DNA of 37,493 bases, from sequence record SRR31156797_1276, one strand, 5' to 3'. Positions 28,524 through 37,493 of the stretch are shown piece by piece. The position numbers were made by a program, and so were the translations under genes. Each line of letters begins with the position of its first letter. Position 1 is the first letter of the stretch. The notes beneath the pieces were generated by a model. That model did no database searches and was not told the DNA's origin. It was given only the letters and a program-made list of their open reading frames with translations.

Positions 28524-31325
28524 ATGAAATATAAATTTATTGTTGCGTTTATTGCATTATTTTTTAAACTAAGTGCAGGTTTTTCGCAATATAAAACACC
28601 AATTGCCCTAATGGATTCTATACGTTATGGACAATTGCAAAATGGAATGACATATTACATTCTGCATAATGAAGAACCGAAAGATCGTGCGAGCTTTTAT
28701 TTTGTCCAAAACGTTGGTGCGATTCTTGAAGAGGATCATCAAAATGGTTTAGCACACTTTTTGGAGCATATGGCTTTTAATGGGACTCAAAATTTTCCTA
28801 AAAAAGGAATTATCAACTACTTGGAAAAATATGGAATCAAATTTGGTACAAATATTAATGCTTATACTTCGCAGGATGAGACCGTTTACAATATAAGTGA
28901 TGTACCGGTGACCAGCAAAGGCTTAGTGGATTCCTGTTTGCTGGTGTTACACGATTGGTCGGGTTACATTACTTTAAATGAATCAGAAATTGATTCGGAA
29001 CGTGGAGTGATTCGTGAGGAGTGGCGCACAAGACGAAATGTGCGAAAGAGATTGATGGATCAGACGTCAGTATTTACCTACTACGATTCGAAGTATGCAA
29101 AGCGCGATGTGATAGGAAATTTAGAGGTCATCAACAACTTTTCGTACCAAACACTTCACGATTACTATAAGAAATGGTATCGTCCCGATATGCAGGCCGT
29201 AATTGTTGTAGGTGATTTGGATGTAGATGAGTTGGAAGAAAAAATAAAAATGGTGTTTACAGATATTCCATTACCAAAGAATACTATTCAGCGCACTTAC
29301 GAGAAGATTCCTGATCATGATGAAGCTCTTTTTTGCCTGGCAAAAGACAAAGAAGCGAATGTAAAACAAATTACACTCTATTACAAAAAAAACAATGCAT
29401 TAGTAAAGGATACCAATTATCAAAAAGATGGTTTTGTGAAATCAATGTATCGATCGATGTTAACCAATCGTTTTAAGGAGTTGTTGCAAGACACGATTGC
29501 TGCCAATTTTTCGATGCAAGCAGGTTTTACATCTTTGGGTCGTCTTCGCTCTGCCTTCTATCTTCGTATTTTGCCAAAGGAAAATAAAACAGCCATGGGG
29601 TTTACTCAGCTGATGACAGAATTGGAACGAGTGAATCGGTTTGGCTTTTCCGAATCGGAATTAGTGCGAACAAAAATGGAATTATTAAGAAGCTATGAGA
29701 GTTACTATCTTGAAAGGGAAAAAATTAGCAACAATCAATGGGCTAAAAAAATGCAGCAGCATTTTTTAAAAGCAGAACCGGTTACTAGTGTTAAAGTTGA
29801 GTATGAAACAGCAAAAAAAATGATTTCACAAATCGCCTTAAGCGAAATAAATAAGTTTGCTAAAAGCTTGATTACAAAAAGCAATAGGGTGTTAACAGTT
29901 ACAGGTCCAGATAAAGAGGACGCTGAATACCTTGCCAAAGAGGAGTTTGATGCCATTATTACGCAGGTGGCGAAAGTGGATATTGAAGACTACAAAGATG
30001 ACAACGATGAAAATGATCTTGTATCAGATTCGTTGATTGCTGCATCGGTGAGTAACCATTTTAGGATTAAAAATTCAGCTGCCAAAGGATTCGTGTTGAG
30101 CAATGGCATTAGTTTTATTCTTTTGCCAACTAATTATAATAAAGATGAGATTCGTATGAGTGCCTTTAGCTATGGAGGGACTTCTCTTTTGTCAAATTCG
30201 GATTTAGTTTCGGCCGATTTTGCAACTGCTTTGGTAGAATATTCTGGATTGGGCGAATTCAATGCCATACAGTTACGAAAAAAGCTAGCGGGTAAGTTGG
30301 TTCGTGTTTCGCCTTATTTAGGAAGGTACAACGAAGGAATACAGGCTTCGAGCTCGGTTACCGATTTTGAAACCATGATGAAATTGGTTTGGTTACACTT
30401 TACCAAACCTCGTTTCGATGTAGCAGCTTTTAAGAATCAGCGATCCTATCATCAAAATCTATTGGTGAATATGATGGCAGATAATAGCAAAGCTCTTCAG
30501 GATTCCATCATGGTAAGTACAACAAATCACCATTCTCGAATTCTGCTTTTTAACCAGAACTTTATTGAAGGAATGGATTTTGAAAAGGCTCAAGCTGTTT
30601 ATCGCAACCGATTTGCTGATGCCAGCGACTTTACTTTTGTTTTTGTTGGAAACATTAATGAAACAACATTAATACCCTTGCTGGAAAAATACCTTGGAAG
30701 TCTAGAGACAAAATCATCACAAGAAAGATATGTAGATCACCACATTCGTGCTCCAAAAGGTGATTTCGTGAATTTTTTTACACGCCAAATGGAAACGCCT
30801 AAGGCAACCGTGTACTATGAGTTGAATGGGAAATTGACTTACAATTCAGAGAATCGTTTACTGGTAAAGATGATCTGCGAGTTGTTGAATAAGCGTTATT
30901 TGGAAACTGTACGTGAATCGGAAGGTGGAAGTTATGGTGTATCTGTTCGTCCGTCTATCTCAAAAATTCCTTATGAGCATTTTAAAATTAAAATTAGCTT
31001 TGATTGTGATCCTCAAAAGAAAGAGCGGCTAAGTAATATTGTGACTCAACAAATGGATTTATTGGTGAAAAATGGTCCGGTATCTATCGAATTAATGAAC
31101 GTTAAGCAAAACATGCTTAAAATGCGTAAGGAGCAGGAAATTACCAATCGTTTTTGGCAAGGTAATCTGGTTCACAGCCTCATGAGTGGCGAAGTGATTC
31201 TCAGCAGCCAGGAGTACAGCCGAATGGTGGAAGAAATATCTGAAAAGCAGCTAAAGAAATTCGCAAAAAGGATATTTAGGAAAGCCGATACTATAAAGGT
31301 TATAATGTCACCTACTGGTCAGTAA
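28524..31325 (+). CDS. M16-family zinc protease, PqqL-like
   Basis: Signal peptide, GQLQNGMTYYI, inverted zinc motif AHFLEHMAFNGT, INAYTS, ERGVIREEWR, YYKKWYRPD, RESEGGSY. Confidence 0.93.
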   Translation: MKYKFIVAFIALFFKLSAGFSQYKTPIALMDSIRYGQLQNGMTYYILHNEEPKDRASFYFVQNVGAILEEDHQNGLAHFLEHMAFNGTQNFPKKGIINYLEKYGIKFGTNINAYTSQDETVYNISDVPVTSKGLVDSCLLVLHDWSGYITLNESEIDSERGVIREEWRTRRNVRKRLMDQTSVFTYYDSKYAKRDVIGNLEVINNFSYQTLHDYYKKWYRPDMQAVIVVGDLDVDELEEKIKMVFTDIPLPKNTIQRTYEKIPDHDEALFCLAKDKEANVKQITLYYKKNNALVKDTNYQKDGFVKSMYRSMLTNRFKELLQDTIAANFSMQAGFTSLGRLRSAFYLRILPKENKTAMGFTQLMTELERVNRFGFSESELVRTKMELLRSYESYYLEREKISNNQWAKKMQQHFLKAEPVTSVKVEYETAKKMISQIALSEINKFAKSLITKSNRVLTVTGPDKEDAEYLAKEEFDAIITQVAKVDIEDYKDDNDENDLVSDSLIAASVSNHFRIKNSAAKGFVLSNGISFILLPTNYNKDEIRMSAFSYGGTSLLSNSDLVSADFATALVEYSGLGEFNAIQLRKKLAGKLVRVSPYLGRYNEGIQASSSVTDFETMMKLVWLHFTKPRFDVAAFKNQRSYHQNLLVNMMADNSKALQDSIMVSTTNHHSRILLFNQNFIEGMDFEKAQAVYRNRFADASDFTFVFVGNINETTLIPLLEKYLGSLETKSSQERYVDHHIRAPKGDFVNFFTRQMETPKATVYYELNGKLTYNSENRLLVKMICELLNKRYLETVRESEGGSYGVSVRPSISKIPYEHFKIKISFDCDPQKKERLSNIVTQQMDLLVKNGPVSIELMNVKQNMLKMRKEQEITNRFWQGNLVHSLMSGEVILSSQEYSRMVEEISEKQLKKFAKRIFRKADTIKVIMSPTGQ

Positions 31326-31338
31326 AATATAGCAAAAT

Positions 31339-31370
31339 AAAGAAAGAGCTTAGAAGGGCTCTTTCTTTTT
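31339..31370. terminator. Bidirectional intrinsic terminator ending the peptidase locus
   Basis: aaagaaagagc-ttagaagg-gctctttcttttt. Confidence 0.8.
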
Positions 31371-31552
31371 ATTCTCGTATGGTTTGCATAACATCTTTAC
31401 AAAGATTTTGTTTTCATTAACAAAATAGAGACCAGTATGCACCGCAACTAGCAAAAAGGAATGGTTTGGTCTGCTCTAGGCATTCGAAAATACGTTTATG
31501 TACAATCTTACAACCGAATAACCGTATTCGGTTCTGTTTGGACGGTGTTTTT

Positions 31553-32299
31553 TTAATCTCTAATTTTAACGAAAATATGTTTGATATTTCGTTTCCCACT
31601 CTCTCTCTCATCTATTTCAAAATGTTTCTGTAATGATTTAATTAAAGGAGTTAACTTGTTAAAGCCATAATTTCGGGGATCAAAATCTGGTTTCTTTTTA
31701 TTGATAAGAGAACCAAGTTCTGCAAGAAATGCCCATCCATCATCATCAGCTATATCATCAATCGAATTTTTAAGTAGATTGATAAATTTTCGATCAATCT
31801 TATCGAATTTTTGCTGCTCAATTTGAGTATCATTTTTCTTTTTTTCAGCTATTTGTTTGCCTCCAATAATCTCTATGTAAATAAATTTATCACAAGCTAC
31901 AATAAATGGATTTGGTGTTTTCTTTTCGCCTATTCCAATTACCAATTTGCTTGATTCTCTTAATCGGGTTGCAAGACGAGTGAAATCACTATCGCTGGAA
32001 ACCAGACAAAAACCATCTATTTTATCGCTGTGCAAAATGTCCATAGCATCTATAATCATTGCAGAATCGGTTGCATTTTTACCTGTTGTGTAGGAGTATT
32101 GTTGGATGGGAGTAATGGCATGCTCTAAAAGTGCAGGTTTCCAACCCGAAACAGTTGGTCTTGTCCAATCACCATAAATACGTTTAATACTTGGCGTTCC
32201 AAATTTGGCTATTTCGTCAAGCATTCCTTTTATATTCGAATAGGGGATATTATCTGCATCAATTAAAACGGCAAGATTTAAATCATTTTGTTCTTTCAT
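31553..32299 (-). CDS. NYN-domain (LabA/DUF88, PIN-like) protein with C-terminal OST-HTH/LOTUS domain
   Basis: LAVLIDADN, RIYGDW, GKNATDSAMIIDAMD, VSSDSDF; C-terminal DGWAFLAELG...FDPRNYGFNKL. Confidence 0.92.
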   Translation of the reverse strand: MKEQNDLNLAVLIDADNIPYSNIKGMLDEIAKFGTPSIKRIYGDWTRPTVSGWKPALLEHAITPIQQYSYTTGKNATDSAMIIDAMDILHSDKIDGFCLVSSDSDFTRLATRLRESSKLVIGIGEKKTPNPFIVACDKFIYIEIIGGKQIAEKKKNDTQIEQQKFDKIDRKFINLLKNSIDDIADDDGWAFLAELGSLINKKKPDFDPRNYGFNKLTPLIKSLQKHFEIDERESGKRNIKHIFVKIRD

Positions 32300-32516
32300 T
32301 GTTATAAACTCTTTTGTATTTAACTAAGTTAGGCAATTGTTAAGAAATACGAAGCAAATATTGGATTAATAAAAACTATTTAATTGGCTATTATTAGTTG
32401 AATAATTCCATTAAGAACAGTAAACTGTTGATGATAAGATAACATCTTATCTTAAAGTATTTGTATCTTTAGTTGAGAAGCCTCACCAATTTTGCTATTA
32501 ACCAAAAGATAAACAC

Positions 32517-32942
32517 ATGTCAGAATTAATTCATATTGTATATGTTAGTACCTCTACTCATGATCTTTCACAATTAGAATTGGATGAACTACTCAAGAGT
32601 ATTAGAGCTAAGAATAAGAAAAACGATATTACGGGATTATTGTTATACAACGATGGTATGTTTATTCAGGTAATTGAAGGTGATGTTAAGCGTATTATTG
32701 ATTTATTCGAATTGGTAAAATCTGATGCAAGACATAAGAATATTGTTGAATTGTTAAAGGAACCAATTAAGAAGAGATCATTTCCAGATTGGTCTATGGG
32801 ATTTAAACGAATTACAAATGAAGATCTGAAATCGATTCATGGTTTCTCTAATTTTATGAGCGAGGATACAGATTGGCTGCCTGACCCAGGCATTGCTGAG
32901 CAAGTGCTTTTTTTATTAAATAGTTTTAGAAAATACACTTAG
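32517..32942 (+). CDS. Stand-alone BLUF-domain blue-light sensor
   Basis: IVYVS (Tyr), NKKNDITGLLLY, FIQVIEG (Gln), DARH, RSFPDWSMGF (Trp, Met). Confidence 0.92.
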   Translation: MSELIHIVYVSTSTHDLSQLELDELLKSIRAKNKKNDITGLLLYNDGMFIQVIEGDVKRIIDLFELVKSDARHKNIVELLKEPIKKRSFPDWSMGFKRITNEDLKSIHGFSNFMSEDTDWLPDPGIAEQVLFLLNSFRKYT

Positions 32943-32976
32943 GTTGTTTTGAAAATAGAATCTAAATTCTGAATTT

Positions 32977-33798
32977 ATGGATAAAGTAGCCTTAATTACA
33001 GGAGCGGCGAGTGGAATTGGTTTGGAGATTTCTAAATTAATGTTTCAAGATAATTATTCATTAATATTGATTGATAAGGATGCTGGAGGGTTAACTCAAG
33101 TTCAAGCAAATTTTCAAGATGAAACTGATAATAATGTACGCATCTTGGTTAGAGATTTAAGCAAAACTAGTATCGCTGAAGAAGTTTTTAATGAACTTTA
33201 TGAGCAGGGAGTTGTTATAGATGTATTGGTTAATAATGCAGGTTTTGGAATTTTGGGAAAGTTTGAGGAAACGGATTGGCAACAAGAATCTCAAATGATC
33301 AATTTACATGTGCATACCGTAACGCATTTGTGTAAATTGTTTTTACCTGGAATGATATCCAGAAAAAAGGGAAAAATTTTGAATGTTGCTTCTTTAGCGT
33401 CTTATTATAGTGGTCCTTTAATGTCGGTTTATTATGCAAGTAAAGCATATATATTATCGTTTAGTGTAGCATTAAGTAATGAATTAAAAGGAACGGGAGT
33501 TGGTATTACTGTGTTGTGTCCAGGATTAACGCGTACTGCCTTTCAGAAGAGTATGTGCGAAGAAAAGGCACTTATACGTTGGAATATTGGATCTGCAAGG
33601 GAGGTTGCAAAATGTGCATACCGATCAATGAATAATAATAAGTTGATTGCTATTCCAGGTTTCTTTAATCAGTTTCTGGCTACATTATCCAGAATTCTTC
33701 CATTAAAAGTGTCCGCCTGGATGATAAGGAAATTACAATTGAAGAATAGAATAAATAAATTTGAAAAGGAGAGAAAAGAAGAGGAAATTTTCCAGTGA
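32977..33798 (+). CDS. Short-chain dehydrogenase/reductase
   Basis: TGAASGIG, NNAGFG, catalytic YYASK. Confidence 0.93.
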   Translation: MDKVALITGAASGIGLEISKLMFQDNYSLILIDKDAGGLTQVQANFQDETDNNVRILVRDLSKTSIAEEVFNELYEQGVVIDVLVNNAGFGILGKFEETDWQQESQMINLHVHTVTHLCKLFLPGMISRKKGKILNVASLASYYSGPLMSVYYASKAYILSFSVALSNELKGTGVGITVLCPGLTRTAFQKSMCEEKALIRWNIGSAREVAKCAYRSMNNNKLIAIPGFFNQFLATLSRILPLKVSAWMIRKLQLKNRINKFEKERKEEEIFQ

Positions 33799-33928
33799 GA
33801 TTTCTGAGTTATCAAAAAGAAACGAAAAGTATATTTTTATTACTAAGTGAATTATTCTACTTGTTTTATTTTAAAAAATAGGTTTATTTTAAGTTGTGTA
33901 ACAATACAAATATCACTACCTACCTAAA

Positions 33929-36844
33929 TTGAAGATCTTGAAAAAAGTATATTTACCCCTAATTATTATATTTTGTTGGCAAAGTATTGGATTTGCAAAG
34001 ATTAAGAATAATGGAATTCCATTTATAAAGAATTACTACAAAAACGAGTACAAGGGAGGAACACAGAACTGGGATGTTGTTCAAACCCCGAATGGCTTAA
34101 TGTATTTTGCCAATAACGATGGAGTTCTCGAATTTGATGGAAATAATTGGCGATTAATCCAGATGCCAAACAAATCAATCGTACGTTCTTTAGCTATCGA
34201 TTCATTAAATAGAATTTTTGTTGGAGCCTATAATGACTTTGGATTTCTAAAGCCTGACAAATCGGGTAAATTAAGTTACCACTCTCTTGTGAACTTGTTA
34301 CCTGATTCTGAACGAGATTTTAGAGAAGTATGGAATATTTATCCGTTTAAAAAAGGAATGCTTATACACTCCTTTGGATCGGTATTTTATTATAAGAATG
34401 GTAAAATTTCACAAATAAAAGCAAAGAATGAATTTCATTTTAGTTTTATGGTGAATGATCAATTTTTTGTTCGTGAAAAAGGAATAGGATTGTGTAAGTT
34501 GGATGGTAGAAATATTCAATTAATAAAAGGTGGAGTTTTTTTTAAAGATATTGAAATCGTAGGAATGGTTCCATTTACTGATAATTCAATATTAATTTCC
34601 ACAGCATTAAATGGATTATTTTTATACAAAGATAATCGTATTCAAGAATGGAATATCAATTTGAATTCTGTTTTTAAGACAAAACAGATATTTTGTATGG
34701 TAAGGCTTAATGGTGAATACCTTGCTGTTGGAACGGTTCGTGATGGTTTGTATGTTTTTAATACTAAAGGAGAATTTGTTCAACAGGTAAATACAAAAAC
34801 AGGCTTACAAAACAATACAATTTTAAGTTTGCATTTGGATAGAGATGAGAATTTATGGTTAGGATTGGATAATGGGATTGATTTATTGGAAATTAGTTCG
34901 CCTTTATCAACTTTCCCAAGAAACAATGAAATTGGTTCGGGTTATGCTTCGATATACCATAAAGGGCATCTTTATTTGGGAACAAATATGGGTTTATTTG
35001 TCAAAAAACATGATTTCTCGAATCACTCGAGAAATGAGTTTGAATTGGTGAAAAATACGTCTGGTCAGGTTTGGTCATTGCAAGTAATTGGAGGTGAATT
35101 GATATGTGGTCATAATAAAGGAACTTTTAGGATTGAAAAAAATAGAGGTGAATTGCTTTCGGATGTTGAAGGAGGTTGGACCTATTTGTACAAAGAGGAA
35201 TTTCCTGATAAAATGATTGGAGGAACATATTCTGGCTTAATTTTATTTAAAAAATCAGAAGGGAACTGGAAGTTTGTAAAGCGAATTGATGGTTTTTTTG
35301 AATCATCAAAAGAGCTGCTTTGGGACAAAGACAATAGTATTTGGATGTGTCATGGATATAAAGGTGTTTACCGTATATATTTAAATGAAGATCTTACAAA
35401 ATGTACTAATTTTCGATTTTATGGTAAGAATGATGGGTTTCCTTCTAATTTGGATATCAATATTCATAAAATTAGAAATGAGAAGGTATTTTCGACGGAT
35501 AGTGGTTTTTATAAATACATACCAGAAGTTGATCGCTTTGAAAAGCATCAATATCTAAACAATTTATTTGGTAAGAACGAAAGCGTAAATAAGTTAATAG
35601 AGGAATCTAACGGCGATGTCTGGTTTTTTGAAGGGAATAAAGCAGGAATATTAAAATCTCAGCTAGATAACAGTTATGAGATTCACAGAAAAACATTTTC
35701 TTCTATTCAGGGAAAGTTTATCAATGCTTTTGAGAATGTGAGTGTTATTGATAATGAAAATGTTCTCATAGGCACTGAGAGAGGTTTTGTTCATTACGAT
35801 CCAAGTATTGTATCCAGATTTGATAAATCTTATTCAACCTTTATTCGTAATGTTTATTTAACCAATGCAGGAGATTCTATTATTTATCATGGAAATTATT
35901 CAAGCAATTTTAAGTCAAATGTTAAAGCTGAAAGTAAGGTTTCCTTAGCTTATAAAAACAATGCGCTAAGGTTTGAATATTCAGCCCCAATATATAATTC
36001 TTCAGAATTTGTACAGTATAGATATCAATTGATAGGTTTTGAGTCGCATCCATCGGTGTGGACCAATAAATTGCAAAAAGAATACACCAACCTTCCCGAG
36101 GGTGATTATACATTTAGGGTGTTGTCCGAAAACCAATATGGTGTGGGTTCCAGGGCAGATGAATTTCAATTCACCATATTGCCTCCATGGTATAGATCCT
36201 ATTTAGCTTATTTCTTTTATGCTGTGTTATTTGTATTTAGCCTTTATGGGATAGTGTATTTAATTCGAAGAAGAGTTAAACGAATGCAATATTTAATGGA
36301 GAAAAAGCAGAAAGAAGAGATTAAAATTAAAGAACAAAAATTCAGGGAGGAAGCATTAATTGCTGAGCGTGAAATCGTTCAATTGCGAAACGAAAAATTA
36401 AGAGGTGAGGTAGATTTTAAAAATAAAGAACTGGCAAGTTCAACCATGAATATAATCCACAAAAATGAGGTTTTATCTTATTCTGTAGGAGAATTAAAAA
36501 AAGCACTTCGCAAAATTAAAGATCCAACCGCTCTTGTTCAAGTTCGTCAGTTAATGAAAACGATAGATTCCGAATTTAATAGCGAACATGATTGGGAGCA
36601 ATTCGAAATCCATTTCGACAAAGTTCACGAAAATTTTATAAAACGACTTCGAACCGACTATTCACAATTAACTCCAAAAGATCTGCGTTTGTGTGCCTAT
36701 TTAAGAATGAATTTATCTACAAAAGAAATTGCTCCCTTAATGAATATTTCGGTACGAGGTGTCGAAATAAGTCGTTATCGTTTGCGTAAAAAGTTTGACT
36801 TAACACGAGAAGAAAATTTAATTGATTTTATATTGAACGTATAA
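33929..36844 (+). CDS. Membrane-spanning regulator: beta-propeller + Y_Y_Y domain + LuxR-type HTH
   Basis: Signal peptide, propeller repeats (NLWLGLDNGI), YRYQLIG...EYTNLPEGDYTFRV, PPWY plus TM helix, C-terminal LTPKDLRLCAYLRMNLSTKEIAPLMNISVRGVEISRYRLRKK; no kinase or receiver domain. Confidence 0.92.
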   Translation: MKILKKVYLPLIIIFCWQSIGFAKIKNNGIPFIKNYYKNEYKGGTQNWDVVQTPNGLMYFANNDGVLEFDGNNWRLIQMPNKSIVRSLAIDSLNRIFVGAYNDFGFLKPDKSGKLSYHSLVNLLPDSERDFREVWNIYPFKKGMLIHSFGSVFYYKNGKISQIKAKNEFHFSFMVNDQFFVREKGIGLCKLDGRNIQLIKGGVFFKDIEIVGMVPFTDNSILISTALNGLFLYKDNRIQEWNINLNSVFKTKQIFCMVRLNGEYLAVGTVRDGLYVFNTKGEFVQQVNTKTGLQNNTILSLHLDRDENLWLGLDNGIDLLEISSPLSTFPRNNEIGSGYASIYHKGHLYLGTNMGLFVKKHDFSNHSRNEFELVKNTSGQVWSLQVIGGELICGHNKGTFRIEKNRGELLSDVEGGWTYLYKEEFPDKMIGGTYSGLILFKKSEGNWKFVKRIDGFFESSKELLWDKDNSIWMCHGYKGVYRIYLNEDLTKCTNFRFYGKNDGFPSNLDINIHKIRNEKVFSTDSGFYKYIPEVDRFEKHQYLNNLFGKNESVNKLIEESNGDVWFFEGNKAGILKSQLDNSYEIHRKTFSSIQGKFINAFENVSVIDNENVLIGTERGFVHYDPSIVSRFDKSYSTFIRNVYLTNAGDSIIYHGNYSSNFKSNVKAESKVSLAYKNNALRFEYSAPIYNSSEFVQYRYQLIGFESHPSVWTNKLQKEYTNLPEGDYTFRVLSENQYGVGSRADEFQFTILPPWYRSYLAYFFYAVLFVFSLYGIVYLIRRRVKRMQYLMEKKQKEEIKIKEQKFREEALIAEREIVQLRNEKLRGEVDFKNKELASSTMNIIHKNEVLSYSVGELKKALRKIKDPTALVQVRQLMKTIDSEFNSEHDWEQFEIHFDKVHENFIKRLRTDYSQLTPKDLRLCAYLRMNLSTKEIAPLMNISVRGVEISRYRLRKKFDLTREENLIDFILNV

Positions 36845-36865
36845 TAACACCAAAACAACAAAGCT

Positions 36866-36910
36866 AAAAAGGGAGTTGATGACATAGTTCATTAACTCCC
36901 TTTTTATTTT
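36866..36910 (+). terminator. Intrinsic terminator of the regulator gene
   Basis: aaaaagggagttgatga...tcattaactcccttttt. Confidence 0.85.
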
Positions 36911-36911
36911 T

Positions 36912-37050
36912 TGATGTACTTCTATTTGTAATGATGTGTGAATGTTAAGGAGTGTTAAGTGACACTGTAGTAAAACATTACATGTGTAAATATTGTTATT
37001 GATGTAGTAATGATGTATAGCTTTTTTCTAGTTGTAGGGTTTGTGATGTA
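36912..37050 (+). promoter_or_regulatory. TGATGTA direct-repeat array, candidate regulator binding sites
   Basis: TGATGTA at 36912, 37000, 37011 and 37044; TGATGTG at 36932. Confidence 0.6.
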
Positions 37051-37066
37051 GTTGATTTCTTGAAAA

Positions 37067-37074
37067 TAGATTTG
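37067..37074 (+). promoter_or_regulatory. -7 promoter element (TAGATTTG) for the second susC
   Basis: TAnnTTTG match just downstream of the last TGATGTA box. Confidence 0.55.
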
Positions 37075-37160
37075 TAAGAGTGGATATTGCAAACGATTTA
37101 GTTGTGGACTTAGCAATTATATCAATTGAACTAATTTTTCTAATCTTAACTAACTAATTT

Positions 37161-37493
37161 ATGAAAAAAACAGTAATGTTTTTAGTTCTGGCAATGTTTT
37201 GTTTGCAAACATTCGCACAGCAACATTCAGTTAGCGGTACAGTGCGTTCATCGGAAGATGGTCTTGCTTTACCCTTTGCATCCGTAGTGATAAAAGGCAC
37301 TACAATAGGAACTTCTACCGATTTTGATGGGAAGTTCAGTATCATGGCATCGAATGAAGATGTTCTTTTGTTTTCGTTAATTGGATTTACTACTCAGGAA
37401 ATTACAGTAGGAGATAAAACAGAAATCAATGTTATTTTGGATACCGAAACAACAGGTTTAGATGAAGTTGTTGTTATTGGTTATGGTGTTCAG
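37161..37493 (+). CDS. susC: SusC/RagA-family TonB-dependent transporter, 5' fragment running off the window
   Basis: Not in the ORF track. Manual translation: MKKTVMFLVLAMFCLQTFAQQHSVSGTV...VVIKGTTIGTSTDFDGKFSI...LDEVVVIGYGVQ. Confidence 0.92.
   Translation, partial: MKKTVMFLVLAMFCLQTFAQQHSVSGTVRSSEDGLALPFASVVIKGTTIGTSTDFDGKFSIMASNEDVLLFSLIGFTTQEITVGDKTEINVILDTETTGLDEVVVIGYGVQ

Noticed and set aside
14375-31325. Horizontally acquired island based on somewhat higher GC
   Set aside because: Impression only; thiC looks similarly GC-rich, and no integrase, tRNA or flanking direct repeats were seen. A GC and codon-usage computation would be needed.
16278-31325. Classical polysaccharide utilisation locus
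   Set aside because: All recognisable enzymes are peptidases; no CAZyme motif was seen, although two lipoproteins remain unassigned.
33929-36844. Hybrid two-component system
   Set aside because: No histidine kinase or receiver motifs; only a coiled coil and LuxR-type HTH follow the TM helix.
36912-37050. CRISPR-like array
   Set aside because: Repeats are only 7 nt with irregular spacing and no cas genes are present.
13766-37345. Short antisense or off-frame ORFs within larger genes (e.g. 13766-13987, 22795-23115, 24910-25155, 31417-31611, 37154-37345)
   Set aside because: They overlap confident CDSs; 37154-37345 is the reverse strand of the second susC.

Overview
AT-rich Bacteroidota chromosomal window, probably Marinifilaceae/Marinilabiliales-like. 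The phylum call rests on SusC/SusD genes, TAnnTTTG promoters and signal peptides followed by Gln; the family is an inference. Left part: a DUF885-like lipoprotein, an orphan TPR histidine kinase, a DUF1971 cupin, a TPP-riboswitch-controlled thiamine operon (thiS-thiC-thiE-like-thiE-thiG-thiH-thiF, no thiD) and a voltage-gated-type K+ channel. Centre (about 11.9-31.3 kb, all + strand): a PUL-like locus with no recognisable carbohydrate-active enzyme. It encodes a membrane-anchored AraC regulator, a pseudogene with two in-frame stops, a NapH/YccM-like polytopic 4Fe-4S protein with HMA-like domains, SusC, SusD, an Ig-repeat lipoprotein, three peptidases (EcxA-like metzincin, DPP11-like S46, PqqL-like M16), a lipoprotein distantly paralogous to the pseudogene and a 67-aa Cys/His protein. 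This is the best candidate for an undescribed system: protein/peptide utilisation possibly coupled to metal or redox handling. Right part: NYN/OST-HTH nuclease, stand-alone BLUF protein, SDR, a propeller/Y_Y_Y/LuxR regulator, phased TGATGTA boxes and the 5' end of a second SusC. No rRNA, tRNA, CRISPR array or transposase was seen. All calls come from visual motif recognition; no searches were run.
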